A DNA stretch of 64,000 nucleotides. Source: an uncultured Methanobrevibacter sp. Lineage in GTDB: Archaea; Methanobacteriota; Methanobacteria; Methanobacteriales; Methanobacteriaceae. The stretch lies in assembly GCF_902771435.1 (NCBI RefSeq), contig NZ_CACXXB010000001.1, forward strand, positions 31,723 through 95,722. Reading direction: 5' to 3'. A model generated the notes under the pieces. The model did no database searches, was not told where the DNA came from, and saw nothing but the letters and a program-made list of their open reading frames with translations. Shown here in pieces: positions 50,819 to 61,599 of this stretch (within the stretch, counting starts at the first letter, position 1; each line of letters opens with the position of its first letter). The translations under genes were made by a program, and so were the position numbers.

Positions 50819-51409
50819 TTAACACCTATCTTTTATAAAAATATCATATGCTCCTTCAATTTCATATTCCTTATCTTCATCAAATGATTTATCCCATTTA
50901 AAAGGGTTCAATTCAATTTGACAGTTAACAGTTTCATCCCAAACGATGGAAAATCCTTCTGATTTTAAAGCATCGGCAACAGTTTTACCAATTTCCAATG
51001 CCTTAACTTCACTATTTTCAAAGTCTCCAAATGTGATTTTTAAATTTTCTTCTTCAATAGCTTCTTCCACATCTTCAAATGTATAAAAACAAAATCCTTC
51101 TGCTTTGAATTTATTATTCAAAAGATGAACATTGAGTTCGAAAGCATCTACAACTCCCTCTTCAATATCATATCCGCAATTGTGGATTGCTACAATATCC
51201 CTTTTGGCCAAGCCATTGAATGCATTTTCAAGTTTGTTAAAATTAATGCCACTGAAATTATTTAAAGAAATATTGAATCTGGAAAAGTCAATATCCTCTT
51301 CAATGAACTGATCCTCCAATATTTCTATAATTTCATCAACACTAAAAAATCCAGATTTAGTGAGCATGTCAATTAAATAATCTATCTCTTCAACTAAATC
51401 CTGATCCAT
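50819..51409 (-). CDS. DUF6891-like hypothetical protein
   Basis: LENAF..L...IVAIHNCG, GFCFY..ED, IG..V...L...G....WD pattern. Confidence 0.55.
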   Translation of the reverse strand: MDQDLVEEIDYLIDMLTKSGFFSVDEIIEILEDQFIEEDIDFSRFNISLNNFSGINFNKLENAFNGLAKRDIVAIHNCGYDIEEGVVDAFELNVHLLNNKFKAEGFCFYTFEDVEEAIEEENLKITFGDFENSEVKALEIGKTVADALKSEGFSIVWDETVNCQIELNPFKWDKSFDEDKEYEIEGAYDIFIKDRC

Positions 51410-51414
51410 ATTAC

Positions 51415-52119
51415 CTAATCCTCTTCCAAAAGCATTTGAATATGAGTTACATTTCCTCTTTCAGTAAAACCTACAATAATTCTGCTTTCGCCAATTTTAG
51501 CAACGGCAAAATCATCATGAGGTTTGTATATGTAACCCTTAAGTTTTGTATAGCTTTCAAATGCAATTTTAGGATATATCTTGAAATTCTTCTGGAAAAT
51601 TGCAAAACTGTTCCTGAATCTTTGAACGGAATTATTTTCCTCAACCAAATCAGATTCGATTGCAACAAAAATGGCTAAACCCTCTTCAGATACCGCATAG
51701 TATCCGTCCAGGTTTAAAATTGAAACTGTTGTCATTGCTAGGGCATGACAGTCATTAATGTCTACATTAATTACTGGAGTATTAAATTCCGGAATGTTGA
51801 ATTCATCACCGATAGCCTTCATTTGGCGGGCTGACTGGATTAGCTTATCTTCAAATCCGATGGATTCATTATCCCATGCCCAGGACCATTGCCTTTGGTC
51901 CTGTGAGAAAAATCCCAAAATTTGAATAGGCAATTCAATATCATCAAAGGAAATTATTCCTTTTTCCAAATCCAAATCGCCCGGAGTTTCTCCAATTAAA
52001 TCCGCCAAGTTTTCCTGTTTGTCAAGTGCAAGTGCACCATATTTAGATAAAACTACTTTAAATGAGTCTCCCTCTTCAATCTGTACTGGCTTTTCAAATT
52101 TCGCTTTCAAATTAAACAC
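51415..52119 (-). CDS. DUF6882-like hypothetical protein
   Basis: DLEKG.I.F, IQILG, WSWAWDN pattern. Confidence 0.55.
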   Translation of the reverse strand: MFNLKAKFEKPVQIEEGDSFKVVLSKYGALALDKQENLADLIGETPGDLDLEKGIISFDDIELPIQILGFFSQDQRQWSWAWDNESIGFEDKLIQSARQMKAIGDEFNIPEFNTPVINVDINDCHALAMTTVSILNLDGYYAVSEEGLAIFVAIESDLVEENNSVQRFRNSFAIFQKNFKIYPKIAFESYTKLKGYIYKPHDDFAVAKIGESRIIVGFTERGNVTHIQMLLEED

Positions 52120-53355
52120 CTAAAATTCTAATTTAGAAATTCTGTCCATAGCTTCTTTAGTATTTTCTAAAGTATTGAATGCAGTGAGTCTTAAATAACC
52201 TTCCCCACTAGGACCGAATCCAGAACCTGGAGTTCCAATCACATTAGCTTCATTTAATAATAAATCAAAGAATGCCCAGGAATCCATGTCATTTGGAGTT
52301 TTTACCCAAATATAAGGGGAGCTTACTCCTCCATAAACTTCAAGTCCAATGTCAGTTAAACTTTCCCTAATGATTTTTGCATTTGCCATGTAATAATCAA
52401 CTACATCTCTGATTTGTTTTTGGCCTTCAGGAGAGTAAGTTGCTTCTGCTGCTCTTTGTACAGGATAGGATGCACCATTGAATTTAGTGGTTTGTCTTCT
52501 GTTCCATAACGGATTGATTTCCACTTCATTACCTTGACTGTCATATCCTTTCAGTTCTTTTGGAACAACAGTGTATGCGCAACGGGTTCCAGTAAACCCT
52601 GCAGTTTTGGAAAAGCTCTTAAATTCAATTGCAACTTCTTTTGCACCTTCAATTTCATATATGGTATGAGGAACATTATCTTCATTTATAAATACTTCAT
52701 AAGCTGCATCAAACAATATAATGGCATCATTTTCTTTTGCATAATCAACAAATACTTTTAACTGATCTTTTGTGAGAGTTGTACCTGTCGGATTGTTTGG
52801 ATAACATAAATAAATAATATCCACAGGTTCAGATGGAAGTTCTGGTACAAATCCGTTTTCTGAGTTACATTTAAGGTATGTTAACCCTTCATACATGCCA
52901 TCGTCACCCATTTCTCCGGTTCTTCCAGCCATAACATTGGTATCAACATATACTGTATAAACAGGGTCTGTAACGGCAATCTTGTTATCTATTCCGAATA
53001 TTTCCTGAATATTACCAGTATCACATTTGGCACCATCGCTGATGAATACTTCAGAAAGGTCAAGGTCGACACCATATTTGTTATAATCATTTTTAATAAT
53101 GGCTTCAGCCAAAAAGTCATAACCTTGTTCAGGACCATATCCCATGAAAGTTTCCGCATTGCCCATCTCATCAACAGCATCTCTAAATGCGCTAACAACT
53201 GCAGGTACTAACGGTTTGGTTACATCTCCGATACCCATTTTAATAATTTCGGCATCAGGATTTGCTTTTGTAAATTCTGCTTCTCTTCTTGCAACTTCAA
53301 CAAAAAGATAACTGCTTTTTAATTTAAGATAGTTTTCATTAATTTTAACAACCAT
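52120..53355 (-). CDS. dapL: LL-diaminopimelate aminotransferase
   Basis: [43 protein letters not shown]. Confidence 0.95.
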   Translation of the reverse strand: MVVKINENYLKLKSSYLFVEVARREAEFTKANPDAEIIKMGIGDVTKPLVPAVVSAFRDAVDEMGNAETFMGYGPEQGYDFLAEAIIKNDYNKYGVDLDLSEVFISDGAKCDTGNIQEIFGIDNKIAVTDPVYTVYVDTNVMAGRTGEMGDDGMYEGLTYLKCNSENGFVPELPSEPVDIIYLCYPNNPTGTTLTKDQLKVFVDYAKENDAIILFDAAYEVFINEDNVPHTIYEIEGAKEVAIEFKSFSKTAGFTGTRCAYTVVPKELKGYDSQGNEVEINPLWNRRQTTKFNGASYPVQRAAEATYSPEGQKQIRDVVDYYMANAKIIRESLTDIGLEVYGGVSSPYIWVKTPNDMDSWAFFDLLLNEANVIGTPGSGFGPSGEGYLRLTAFNTLENTKEAMDRISKLEF

Positions 53356-53656
53356 GATTAATTCCTCATAAATATTAATCTAATATATATTTTATTTTCT
53401 GAATATATAAATATGAATGATGAAAAAAAATCTTAATTTTTAATAAGAAATGAAAAAAATAATACATTAAAAATAAATTAACTAAAAAACAATTATTTTT
53501 TAAAATTCTGAATTTAAAGCTGAAATTAACTAAATTAAACAAATTGCATATGCTGATTAGAAATTAAACAGACATGAGAAAAAATCAAAAAATATATGAA
53601 AATATTTAAATTAATGATTTTACATACATATATTACAATATAAACTAGGAATTGAG

Positions 53657-55414
53657 TTGGGAAAAATGAACGGTTTAACTATATTACTTTGGATAACAAT
53701 ATTCATAATAGGTGTAATTGCCATAATTGCGGTTAAATTACATTATAAAGGATCTGAATTAGAAAAAGACGAAACATCAATATTACCTACAGATAAAATT
53801 GATGATATAATATCATATGGTCAGAATAAAGTATTTAATAGTAATGAAACTCCTGAAAAAGAATTTACCCAATCAAATCCTGAAAATGATATTTTTGCAA
53901 TTGAAGACACATATCAAGATGATAGTTATATCGAACATTCAATTGAAGAAGTCCCTCAAGACGAAACTTATATAGAACCTACAATTGAAGAAGTCTATCA
54001 AGATGAAGCTTATATTGAACCAACAATTGAAGATAACTCTTATAAAAATATTGAGTATGAATCTCCAAATCAAGTACTTATTAACTATGGAAATGAAGTT
54101 GAAAAATTCCAGGAACCAATGACTGAAAAACAGGTTGAAATTATGACTCCAGATAACGAAAAACATGAATTAAAAGACTTATTTACTATTGATGAACTTA
54201 TCAAAGAATCTAAAAGAAAAGACAGTGAAAGGGAAAAAGAATCCCAGCAAATTAATAAAGATGATGATACTGAATTAACTGAACTTAAAGAAAGCATCAG
54301 GAAAAGAAAAGACAACGAGGAAGTTGAAGACCAACTCATTGAAGAAATTTTAGCTGATGAAGAAATAAGTGAACTTCTAACTAACGATGAAAAAGAACCT
54401 GAAACAGAAGAACCAACAATACAACAAATCATCGAAGAAAAACCAACAGAAGAAGAACCAACAATACAACAAATCATCGAAGAAAAACCAACAGAAGAAG
54501 AACCAACAATACAACAAATCATCGAAGAAAAACCAACAGAAGAAGAAACTGTCCAAGAGGTTTTAGAAGTTGGTGAAGAAAAAGAAGAAACAATTGAAGA
54601 AGCAATTGTATCTCCAATCGAAGAGGAAACCCCATCAGTTGCATCACAGAAAGATATTGCTGAGGCAATTGACAACGCATCTCATGAAATTGAAGAAAAA
54701 GAAATTGAAAGCATTTCAGAAAGTGAAAATATCACAGATGCACTATTAAATTCCGAAGAGGAAATAAAAGAACCTGTACTAAAAACACCAACTAAAATCG
54801 ATGCATCTAAAAAAGATGAAATTAGTGGATTCGATAGTAATAACCAAATCGAATCAACCGAAGAAAACGATCTTGATTACAGAAAGGATTTAGCTAAAAT
54901 CACCAATACCATTAAAAGCTCAAAATTATTCAAAGAGGTTAAAGATAAAATAACCGGTGAACCTGAACCTGAAGTTGATCCTTTAGCAGATATTCAAGAG
55001 TCATACATCAGAAACGTTAATGACTATGATGAATATGATGAATATGCTCCAATCATCAATGAAACACACGACGAATTTGGAGAAATCTACGAACCTGAAT
55101 ATGAACCAGATTATGACCAAGCAATTAGAGAAGAAAACACACGCAAATTAATGAATAATGTCAGAACTATTCCAGAACCTGAAGTAGCTGAGCCAAAAAT
55201 TACTCCTATAAAATCCAAACCATCCAGAGACAATATTAAGATACAAATTGGTAATGCAGATATTGTTCTTAAAAAAGGAGATGAAATCATATTTAGACAT
55301 GATGGAGAAACTTACTCCAGTCAAGTTTATGGAATTAATGGTGATGACATTTCTGTGAGATACAGAGGTAAAAACATTACTATTAAACCAGAAGATGTAA
55401 AAAAGGTATACTAA
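53657..55414 (+). CDS. Acidic, largely low-complexity membrane-anchored protein with small C-terminal beta domain
   Basis: N-terminal TM, Glu-rich body, C-terminal SH3/KOW-like segment. Confidence 0.8.
   Translation: MGKMNGLTILLWITIFIIGVIAIIAVKLHYKGSELEKDETSILPTDKIDDIISYGQNKVFNSNETPEKEFTQSNPENDIFAIEDTYQDDSYIEHSIEEVPQDETYIEPTIEEVYQDEAYIEPTIEDNSYKNIEYESPNQVLINYGNEVEKFQEPMTEKQVEIMTPDNEKHELKDLFTIDELIKESKRKDSEREKESQQINKDDDTELTELKESIRKRKDNEEVEDQLIEEILADEEISELLTNDEKEPETEEPTIQQIIEEKPTEEEPTIQQIIEEKPTEEEPTIQQIIEEKPTEEETVQEVLEVGEEKEETIEEAIVSPIEEETPSVASQKDIAEAIDNASHEIEEKEIESISESENITDALLNSEEEIKEPVLKTPTKIDASKKDEISGFDSNNQIESTEENDLDYRKDLAKITNTIKSSKLFKEVKDKITGEPEPEVDPLADIQESYIRNVNDYDEYDEYAPIINETHDEFGEIYEPEYEPDYDQAIREENTRKLMNNVRTIPEPEVAEPKITPIKSKPSRDNIKIQIGNADIVLKKGDEIIFRHDGETYSSQVYGINGDDISVRYRGKNITIKPEDVKKVY
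54407..54547 (+). repeat. 3 x 45-bp perfect tandem repeat (EEPTIQQIIEEKPTE)
   Basis: Units at 54407, 54452 and 54497. Confidence 0.95.
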
Positions 55415-55573
55415 TATCTTTTTTACCAAACACCACATTCAACCAACCATACCAAAAATCACAAAAATATTTTTTTGAATCCCATATTTACATTATTATT
55501 TTTAACAATGAACTAATTAAACTCATTTAATTAGAATAAAAACAATTTATAATGTTTTATTTTTTATTTAAAG

Positions 55574-55610
55574 ATGCAAGTGAGCACTTACATTCGAAAA
55601 ACTTTATATA
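55574..55610 (+). promoter_or_regulatory. Palindrome immediately upstream of BRE-TATA
   Basis: ATGCAAGTGAGCACTTACAT (55574-55593), CGAAAA (55595-55600), TTTATATA (55603-55610). Confidence 0.65.
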
Positions 55611-55639
55611 TGAACTTATTTATATAGTTACTTGTGCAA

Positions 55640-55687
55640 TGAAGAGTTAATTCGAAATTACATAACTAATTTCCAATTAACTCCTCA
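55640..55687 (+). other. 5'-UTR stem-loop
   Basis: GAGTTAATT-c-GAAATTA-cataac-TAATTTC-c-AATTAACTC. Confidence 0.7.
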
Positions 55688-55711
55688 CATAAAATTTACA
55701 ATGGTGATAAC

Positions 55712-56173
55712 ATGGAACTCAAAACAAAATTATTCGCAATTCTTGCAATCTTCTGCGTATTATGCTCTGCATGCGCAGTATGTGCAGCTGATGATGCCAG
55801 TGCAATGTCAGCTGATGATGGTATTTTTATAGACGGAAGCAGTCATGATGGACATGACGGTGCAATCATTCCACCTGACAACACTCACGATGAAGCAGGA
55901 CATGCTGCAGGTATGGATCCTTACTTAGACGGAAGTCAAGACGGCCACAACGGTACAATAATTCCTCCTGATGCAGCTCACAATGAAGCAGCAATGAACC
56001 AAACCAACTCTACTCATGCTGCAGGAAGCGATGATGTTGCAAACGCAACAGGAAACGCAACCAACAACACAATTGCTCACAACAATTTACCTGCAACAGG
56101 TAATCCAATTCTTGCTTTATTAGCAATTACTGCTGTTCTAGGTGGGGCAACTTACATTACAAGAAAAAAATAG
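55712..56173 (+). CDS. Small secreted His/Asp-rich protein with LPxTG sorting signal
   Basis: Signal peptide; LPATG + hydrophobic segment + RKK tail. Confidence 0.85.
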   Translation: MELKTKLFAILAIFCVLCSACAVCAADDASAMSADDGIFIDGSSHDGHDGAIIPPDNTHDEAGHAAGMDPYLDGSQDGHNGTIIPPDAAHNEAAMNQTNSTHAAGSDDVANATGNATNNTIAHNNLPATGNPILALLAITAVLGGATYITRKK

Positions 56174-56205
56174 GCAATTAATGCCTATTTTATTTACTTT
56201 TTTTA
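56167..56205 (+). terminator. Hairpin plus oligo-T terminator
   Basis: AAAATAGGCA-attaa-TGCCTATTTT followed by T-rich tract. Confidence 0.65.
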
Positions 56206-56300
56206 CATTAACGACACTATCTGAAAATTTCAGCTAATTTTTATGTGGAAAGTATTCCATATTGCAATAACAATATTCAAAAAAAAGGAAAAAAAAGAAA

Positions 56301-56765
56301 TCATTCTTTGTTTAATCTATAGCCGCCGTTTTCCACAATATATTTAGGGACTACGATTTTTAAAGAACGAATTATGTTTAAATAAAAGTCATCCAACGCC
56401 CTATCTGCATAAGGATAAGTGAATTCGAATATATAGAGATTGTCATCCTCCACATATAAAAATTCATTACGTCTGATTTGGTTTTCACCATCATTGAATG
56501 AAGAAACAACCATATAATAAAGTGATTCATTTATTACAATGAAATCTGAAGTGACCAATTCTATTTTATCGTTGTTTTTTAAATTTTCTTCAATACCGTT
56601 CATTATTTCAGGAAGCCCAGATAATGTAGGTGTTGTTGAAAACTTTATTGACATTGGAATTTTGGTATTTACCAAATACAAATCAGTGAATTCATCTTTA
56701 GGAGGGATTTGATCAAACCCCTCAGGCATTTGAAGTGTTGAAAAACCGTTTGAAAACATTACCAT
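56301..56765 (-). CDS. Hypothetical protein (possibly PsbP/Mog1-like fold)
   Basis: L.MPEGF near N-terminus, LYIFEFT...IIRSLKI near C-terminus. Confidence 0.6.
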   Translation of the reverse strand: MVMFSNGFSTLQMPEGFDQIPPKDEFTDLYLVNTKIPMSIKFSTTPTLSGLPEIMNGIEENLKNNDKIELVTSDFIVINESLYYMVVSSFNDGENQIRRNEFLYVEDDNLYIFEFTYPYADRALDDFYLNIIRSLKIVVPKYIVENGGYRLNKE

Positions 56766-56773
56766 TCAATCAC

Positions 56774-58444
56774 CTATTTATGAGCATAGTAGAATACCAA
56801 TTCATCATCTTTAATCTCATCAAGGCGAGCAAATCCAACCCTTTCAAATTGAACTACATCTCCAACTTCCAAGTCACGGAGAGCTCCTTCACCGAGACCT
56901 TCTTTAATTGATGCATCATCCATCACGATTTTGACATTGACATTGTCATCTACAGGCACCCATTGGATAATTCTGGCCTTAACTTCACGTGCATCTTCAA
57001 AGGATGTGGAGTGATATGTGATTTCCTCACCGTTAATGTTGACGTTGACTGCATCCATTAATCTGAATATTCCATCTTTAATGTCCTTTTCGGCAAGATA
57101 TGCCGTACCATCAAACGGCAATATTCTGTTTCCCCTGTCAAGATGGTCAGCATGAAGAGGTCTTTCAATATCAACGCTGCCACCATCATATCCTTCAACT
57201 TCAATCAGTTGAGGATTTTCGCAGAAGAAGTATCTGTTGGCTACAGGTTCCATGAAATTGCGGTTCAATCCATAAATCTTTTTCCAGCTGATGGCTGAAT
57301 CTGCCATTTTAACACCCATTTCTGTTATCAAATCATATATTGTTCTTGGGTCAATTCCACGTCTTGCAATAGCTCTCAGGGTTCCAAGTCTAGGGTCATC
57401 CCATCCGCTGTAGGTTCCCTCTTCAATTCCTTCCATTGCCTTTGAGGTACTTAGCGCAATGTCTTCCATCTTAAGTCTGCCGTAGTGGATATATTCAGGC
57501 ACATCCCATCCCATATGGTCATATAAGTATTTCTGCTTTTCTGTGTTTGCCAAATGGTCTTTTCCTCTTAAGACATGAGTCAAACCCAATAAATGGTCGT
57601 CAACAGCTACTGAAAAGTTCATCATTGGGTATAATCTGTATTTTGTACCTAAGCGAGGATGTTCCTCATCGACTATCCTCATTGCAACCCAGTCACGAAT
57701 TGCAGGATTTTTATGATTAATATCAGTTTTAACTCTGAGCACAGCTTCACCGGCATCCATTGTATCGAATTTGTCCCATAATTCCAAATTCTCTTCAACA
57801 GAGTTGTCTCTGCATGGACATGGTTTGCAATTGTCTTTAAGCTCTTTAAAAGTAGCTCCGTCACAGGTGCACATATATGCTGCGCCTTTTTCGATTAATT
57901 GACGGGCATAATCATAATAGATTTCAAATCTGTCTGATTGATAGATTACCTCATCGGGTTTGATTCCCAGCCATTCGAGATCTTCAGGAATCATCTCATA
58001 AGCAGGTTCATATACCCTTTTTGGATCTGTATCCTCAATTCTCAAAATCAATTTTCCGTTATGTCTTTTTACATATTCCGCATTTGGAACTGCTGCACGG
58101 GAGTGACCAATGTGTAGAGGTCCGCTTGGATTTGGAGCGAATCTCAAAACGATGTTTTCATGAGTTCCCGGAAGCTCCTGTAGGCCAACTTCTTTTGCTT
58201 TAGGCTTTTTATCTTCAACTTCAATACCTAATCTTTCCATTTCGGCTTTTTGCTCTTCAGGACTTAAAGCATTTACTTTTCCTACAATTTTACCTGACAT
58301 AGGGCCAATTTCTTTAGCTTTGCTTCTAAGTTCCGGTTCATTAGCCATTATGGAACCCATTACGGCACCGGGATTAGCACTTCCCTTATGTTTAGCTGCA
58401 TTAAGCAGAGCATGTTTATAGACAATTTCTTCTAAATCATTCAT
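56774..58444 (-). CDS. gltX: Glutamyl-tRNA synthetase
   Basis: RFAPNPSGPLHIGH, EDTDP, LSTSK, GWDDPRLGTL. Confidence 0.97.
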   Translation of the reverse strand: MNDLEEIVYKHALLNAAKHKGSANPGAVMGSIMANEPELRSKAKEIGPMSGKIVGKVNALSPEEQKAEMERLGIEVEDKKPKAKEVGLQELPGTHENIVLRFAPNPSGPLHIGHSRAAVPNAEYVKRHNGKLILRIEDTDPKRVYEPAYEMIPEDLEWLGIKPDEVIYQSDRFEIYYDYARQLIEKGAAYMCTCDGATFKELKDNCKPCPCRDNSVEENLELWDKFDTMDAGEAVLRVKTDINHKNPAIRDWVAMRIVDEEHPRLGTKYRLYPMMNFSVAVDDHLLGLTHVLRGKDHLANTEKQKYLYDHMGWDVPEYIHYGRLKMEDIALSTSKAMEGIEEGTYSGWDDPRLGTLRAIARRGIDPRTIYDLITEMGVKMADSAISWKKIYGLNRNFMEPVANRYFFCENPQLIEVEGYDGGSVDIERPLHADHLDRGNRILPFDGTAYLAEKDIKDGIFRLMDAVNVNINGEEITYHSTSFEDAREVKARIIQWVPVDDNVNVKIVMDDASIKEGLGEGALRDLEVGDVVQFERVGFARLDEIKDDELVFYYAHK

Positions 58445-58569
58445 TTAATCATCACATTTAATTAATTCAATAAAAATAAGCAATATTATTTATCTATCTA
58501 AAAATATATAAATATAGTGAGAGTAGTTAAAAAAAATTGGAGCCTGATAAAAAAATTAGGTTGATATAC

Positions 58570-59574
58570 ATGAGTGATGCCGTTGAAAAAGCAAAGCTAT
58601 ACATCGAAGAAGGCAATTTAAAGGAAGCACTTAAGCTGGCCAGAAAAAGACATGGAAAGGACGATGTCGAATCTTATCTGTCAATTTTAGATTTACTTAT
58701 TGAAGAAGGGGATTTGCAGGCCCTTGAAGAAAAGGGAATGTATTACCAGTACTATGACGAAAGCCACGACAATGGAGATTATGGTGAGAAGTATTTCGAT
58801 GAATATCTCGAAAGGCAGCCTAAATCCATCAATGTGTTGTGTGACAAGGCAATGTCCAGGTTCAATAAAGGAAAAATTGATGAATCCCTTGAATATATGG
58901 ATATGGCTTTGGACAAATATAAGCCTTATTCTAAAATAGAAGAACCACGATTATCTAAAAAAGAACTTATAATGGCAAGAATAGAGCTTTTGATTAAAGC
59001 TAAACAGTATGATGATGCCTTAAGAAGTCTGAACAATTATGAAAATCAGTTCGGGTCAACTCAAAAAACTGACCTGTACAAAGGCCAGATGCTTCAAAAG
59101 ACAGGGAAAAATGAAGAGGCACTTGAGTATTTGGAAAAATCCATTTCGGAAGAAGACACCCTGATTGCATACAATGCAAAAGGTGATGCATTATATGAAC
59201 TCAAAAGATACGATGAAGCCCTGAAGGCATACAATGAATGCATCCGCTATGAAGGAAAAGTTGAAGATGATTTGGAGCTTGTAACCAATTTCAACTACAA
59301 GGCGGCCTTTTGCTGTGTTGAACTTGGAGAAGATCAAAAAGCTGTCCAATACCTGAACAAGACAATAAACATGCTTAACGAATATGGCAGACTTCCAAAA
59401 GACCTTGAAGCCATATATCAAAAATGTTCCTTTGAAAAGGACCGCATCATGAGGCACGGTGATGTTGAAGACAAGGAATTCAAACAGACAAAGTTCCTGC
59501 CTGCAAAATATGCCATTATTGCATTGATTGTTATTTTTATTTTATACATTGTTTTAAAAATGAATGGGTATTAA
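58570..59574 (+). CDS. TPR-repeat protein with C-terminal TM helix
   Basis: AYNAKGDALYELKRYDEALKAY-type repeats; hydrophobic C-terminus. Confidence 0.85.
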   Translation: MSDAVEKAKLYIEEGNLKEALKLARKRHGKDDVESYLSILDLLIEEGDLQALEEKGMYYQYYDESHDNGDYGEKYFDEYLERQPKSINVLCDKAMSRFNKGKIDESLEYMDMALDKYKPYSKIEEPRLSKKELIMARIELLIKAKQYDDALRSLNNYENQFGSTQKTDLYKGQMLQKTGKNEEALEYLEKSISEEDTLIAYNAKGDALYELKRYDEALKAYNECIRYEGKVEDDLELVTNFNYKAAFCCVELGEDQKAVQYLNKTINMLNEYGRLPKDLEAIYQKCSFEKDRIMRHGDVEDKEFKQTKFLPAKYAIIALIVIFILYIVLKMNGY

Positions 59575-59744
59575 CGGATTGTGAGCATACCCCCATTTTT
59601 TCAACAAACTTCGACATTAAAAACATGACCTAAAAAAGTAATACTAATAATAAAAAACAACAAAATAAATAATAATATCAGAAATATGACTTTTTAGGAA
59701 AAAATATTTATTGATTCATAAAAAACTTTTAGGATGGCTTTAAA

Positions 59745-60776
59745 ATGAGATTGGGAAAAACAAACTTAGAAGTAAACAAAAATGGATTTGGAGCACTTCC
59801 AATTCAAAGATGCAGTATGGATGAGGCTGTTGAAATACTTAAAAAAGCATATGACGAAGGTATAAACTTTTATGACACCGCCCATTTTTATACCGACAGC
59901 GAAGAGAAAATGGGAAATGCATTTGAAGATGTCCCAAGGGAAACCCTTTATCTTGTAAGTAAAACTGCAGCTGAAACTCCTGAAGTATTCTGGAGCGATT
60001 TGAAAACTTCTCTTGAAAGTTTAAAAACTGATTATCTGGATTTGTATCAGTTCCACAACATTTCATTTGTCCCAAAAGAGGATGATGATGTATATAAAGC
60101 AATGCTTGAAGCAAAAGAAAAAGGAATGATTAGACATATCGGAATTACCACCCACAAAATAACATTTGCCCACGAAGCCATCGAAAGTGGCCTTTATGAA
60201 ACCCTGCAATATCCATTTTCATACCTGAGCGGAGAAGAGGAAATTGAACTTGTTGAAAAATGCAAAGACCTTGATGTCGGTTTTATTGCAATGAAAGCGA
60301 TGGGCGGAGGTCTGATTAAGAATTCAAAAGCAAGTTTTGCATACATAAACCAGTTTGACAATGTACTGCCAATCTGGGGAATTCAAAAACTTGAAGAGCT
60401 TGACGAATTCCTTTCATACGATGACACAACAGTTTTAACCGATGATTTGAAAGCAGAAATTGAAAAAGATAAAGAAGAGCTTGGTGAAAACTTCTGCAGA
60501 GGATGTGCATACTGTATGCCATGCCCTGAAGAAATCAACATCAGCCTATGTGCCAGAATGTCACTGTGGATTAGACGCTTTCCGGCAGAGCCATACCTGA
60601 CCGAAGAGTATCAGGAAATGATGGAACATACAAAAGACTGCACAGAATGTTATTCATGCACAGACAAATGTCCATATGAACTGGATATTCCGGAACTTCT
60701 AAAAGAGAATTATGAAGACTATCAAGACGTATTGTCCGGCAAAATCAAAGGTGTAAGAAATGAAACAATGCATTGA
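59745..60776 (+). CDS. Aldo/keto reductase with C-terminal 4Fe-4S dicluster
   Basis: RLGKT, DTAHFY, DYLDLYQFH, CRGCAYCMPCP, CTECYSCTDKCP. Confidence 0.92.
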   Translation: MRLGKTNLEVNKNGFGALPIQRCSMDEAVEILKKAYDEGINFYDTAHFYTDSEEKMGNAFEDVPRETLYLVSKTAAETPEVFWSDLKTSLESLKTDYLDLYQFHNISFVPKEDDDVYKAMLEAKEKGMIRHIGITTHKITFAHEAIESGLYETLQYPFSYLSGEEEIELVEKCKDLDVGFIAMKAMGGGLIKNSKASFAYINQFDNVLPIWGIQKLEELDEFLSYDDTTVLTDDLKAEIEKDKEELGENFCRGCAYCMPCPEEINISLCARMSLWIRRFPAEPYLTEEYQEMMEHTKDCTECYSCTDKCPYELDIPELLKENYEDYQDVLSGKIKGVRNETMH

Positions 60777-61572
60777 AAATCCGAACGATGTTGATTGGGC
60801 CAGCTACTGGAGAGAAAGACTGGAAGGCAAGAACAACAAGGACTGGGACAAGGCCGCTCCGGGGTTTTATAAAAGAACCAGAAAAGATGACTATAATGAC
60901 GCATTGTTCGACATGCTGATTCTGGATGAAAACGATACAGTCCTTGATGTCGGGTGCGGTGAAGGGTCAATAACAGTGCCCCTCTCAAAAAAGGTTAAAA
61001 AGGTAATCGGACTTGATTCATCACCTAAAATGCTGGAATATTTAGAAAAAAGAGCTAACGATGAAAATGCAGACAACATCGAAACCATCCTGAAGCCAAT
61101 TGAAGAGATAAAATATGAAGAAATAGGTGATGCTGATGTTGTGGTCTGCTCAAGATCTTTAAATGGAATAATGCCAATTGAAGAAGTTTTAGTAGAATTG
61201 GATAAGATTGCAAACAAGTATGTATTCATAACTATTTTTGGACCTGAAAACAAAAAAATCGAAAAGGATTTTGAAAAGGAGCTTGGAAAAAAGACAGAGG
61301 ATTTCCCAGATTACAATTATTTCTTTAACATACTATTCAATTTGGGAATTTACGCCAATGTCCAGCGTTTTGATTTGAATAACTACCGCGAATATGACAG
61401 CATTGATGAAGCCATGGACAACGGCAAATTCAGACTGGATTTATATTGCGATGAAGAAAAAGAGCTTCTCAGGAAATATTTGGAAAGAATACTGACTTAC
61501 GATAAGGAATCTAAGAAGTATTATAATGTTAAGGACAAAGCCGATTGGATAATGGTATGGTGGAAAAAATAG
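60760..61572 (+). CDS. Class I SAM-dependent methyltransferase
   Basis: VLDVGCGEG, GLDSSPKML. Confidence 0.88.
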   Translation: MKQCIENPNDVDWASYWRERLEGKNNKDWDKAAPGFYKRTRKDDYNDALFDMLILDENDTVLDVGCGEGSITVPLSKKVKKVIGLDSSPKMLEYLEKRANDENADNIETILKPIEEIKYEEIGDADVVVCSRSLNGIMPIEEVLVELDKIANKYVFITIFGPENKKIEKDFEKELGKKTEDFPDYNYFFNILFNLGIYANVQRFDLNNYREYDSIDEAMDNGKFRLDLYCDEEKELLRKYLERILTYDKESKKYYNVKDKADWIMVWWKK

Positions 61573-61599
61573 CCATCCGCTAATAAAAAAGAGAGACAT

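Noticed and set aside
54407-54547. 45-bp repeats as a CRISPR array
   Set aside because: Head-to-tail with no spacers, and in frame within a CDS
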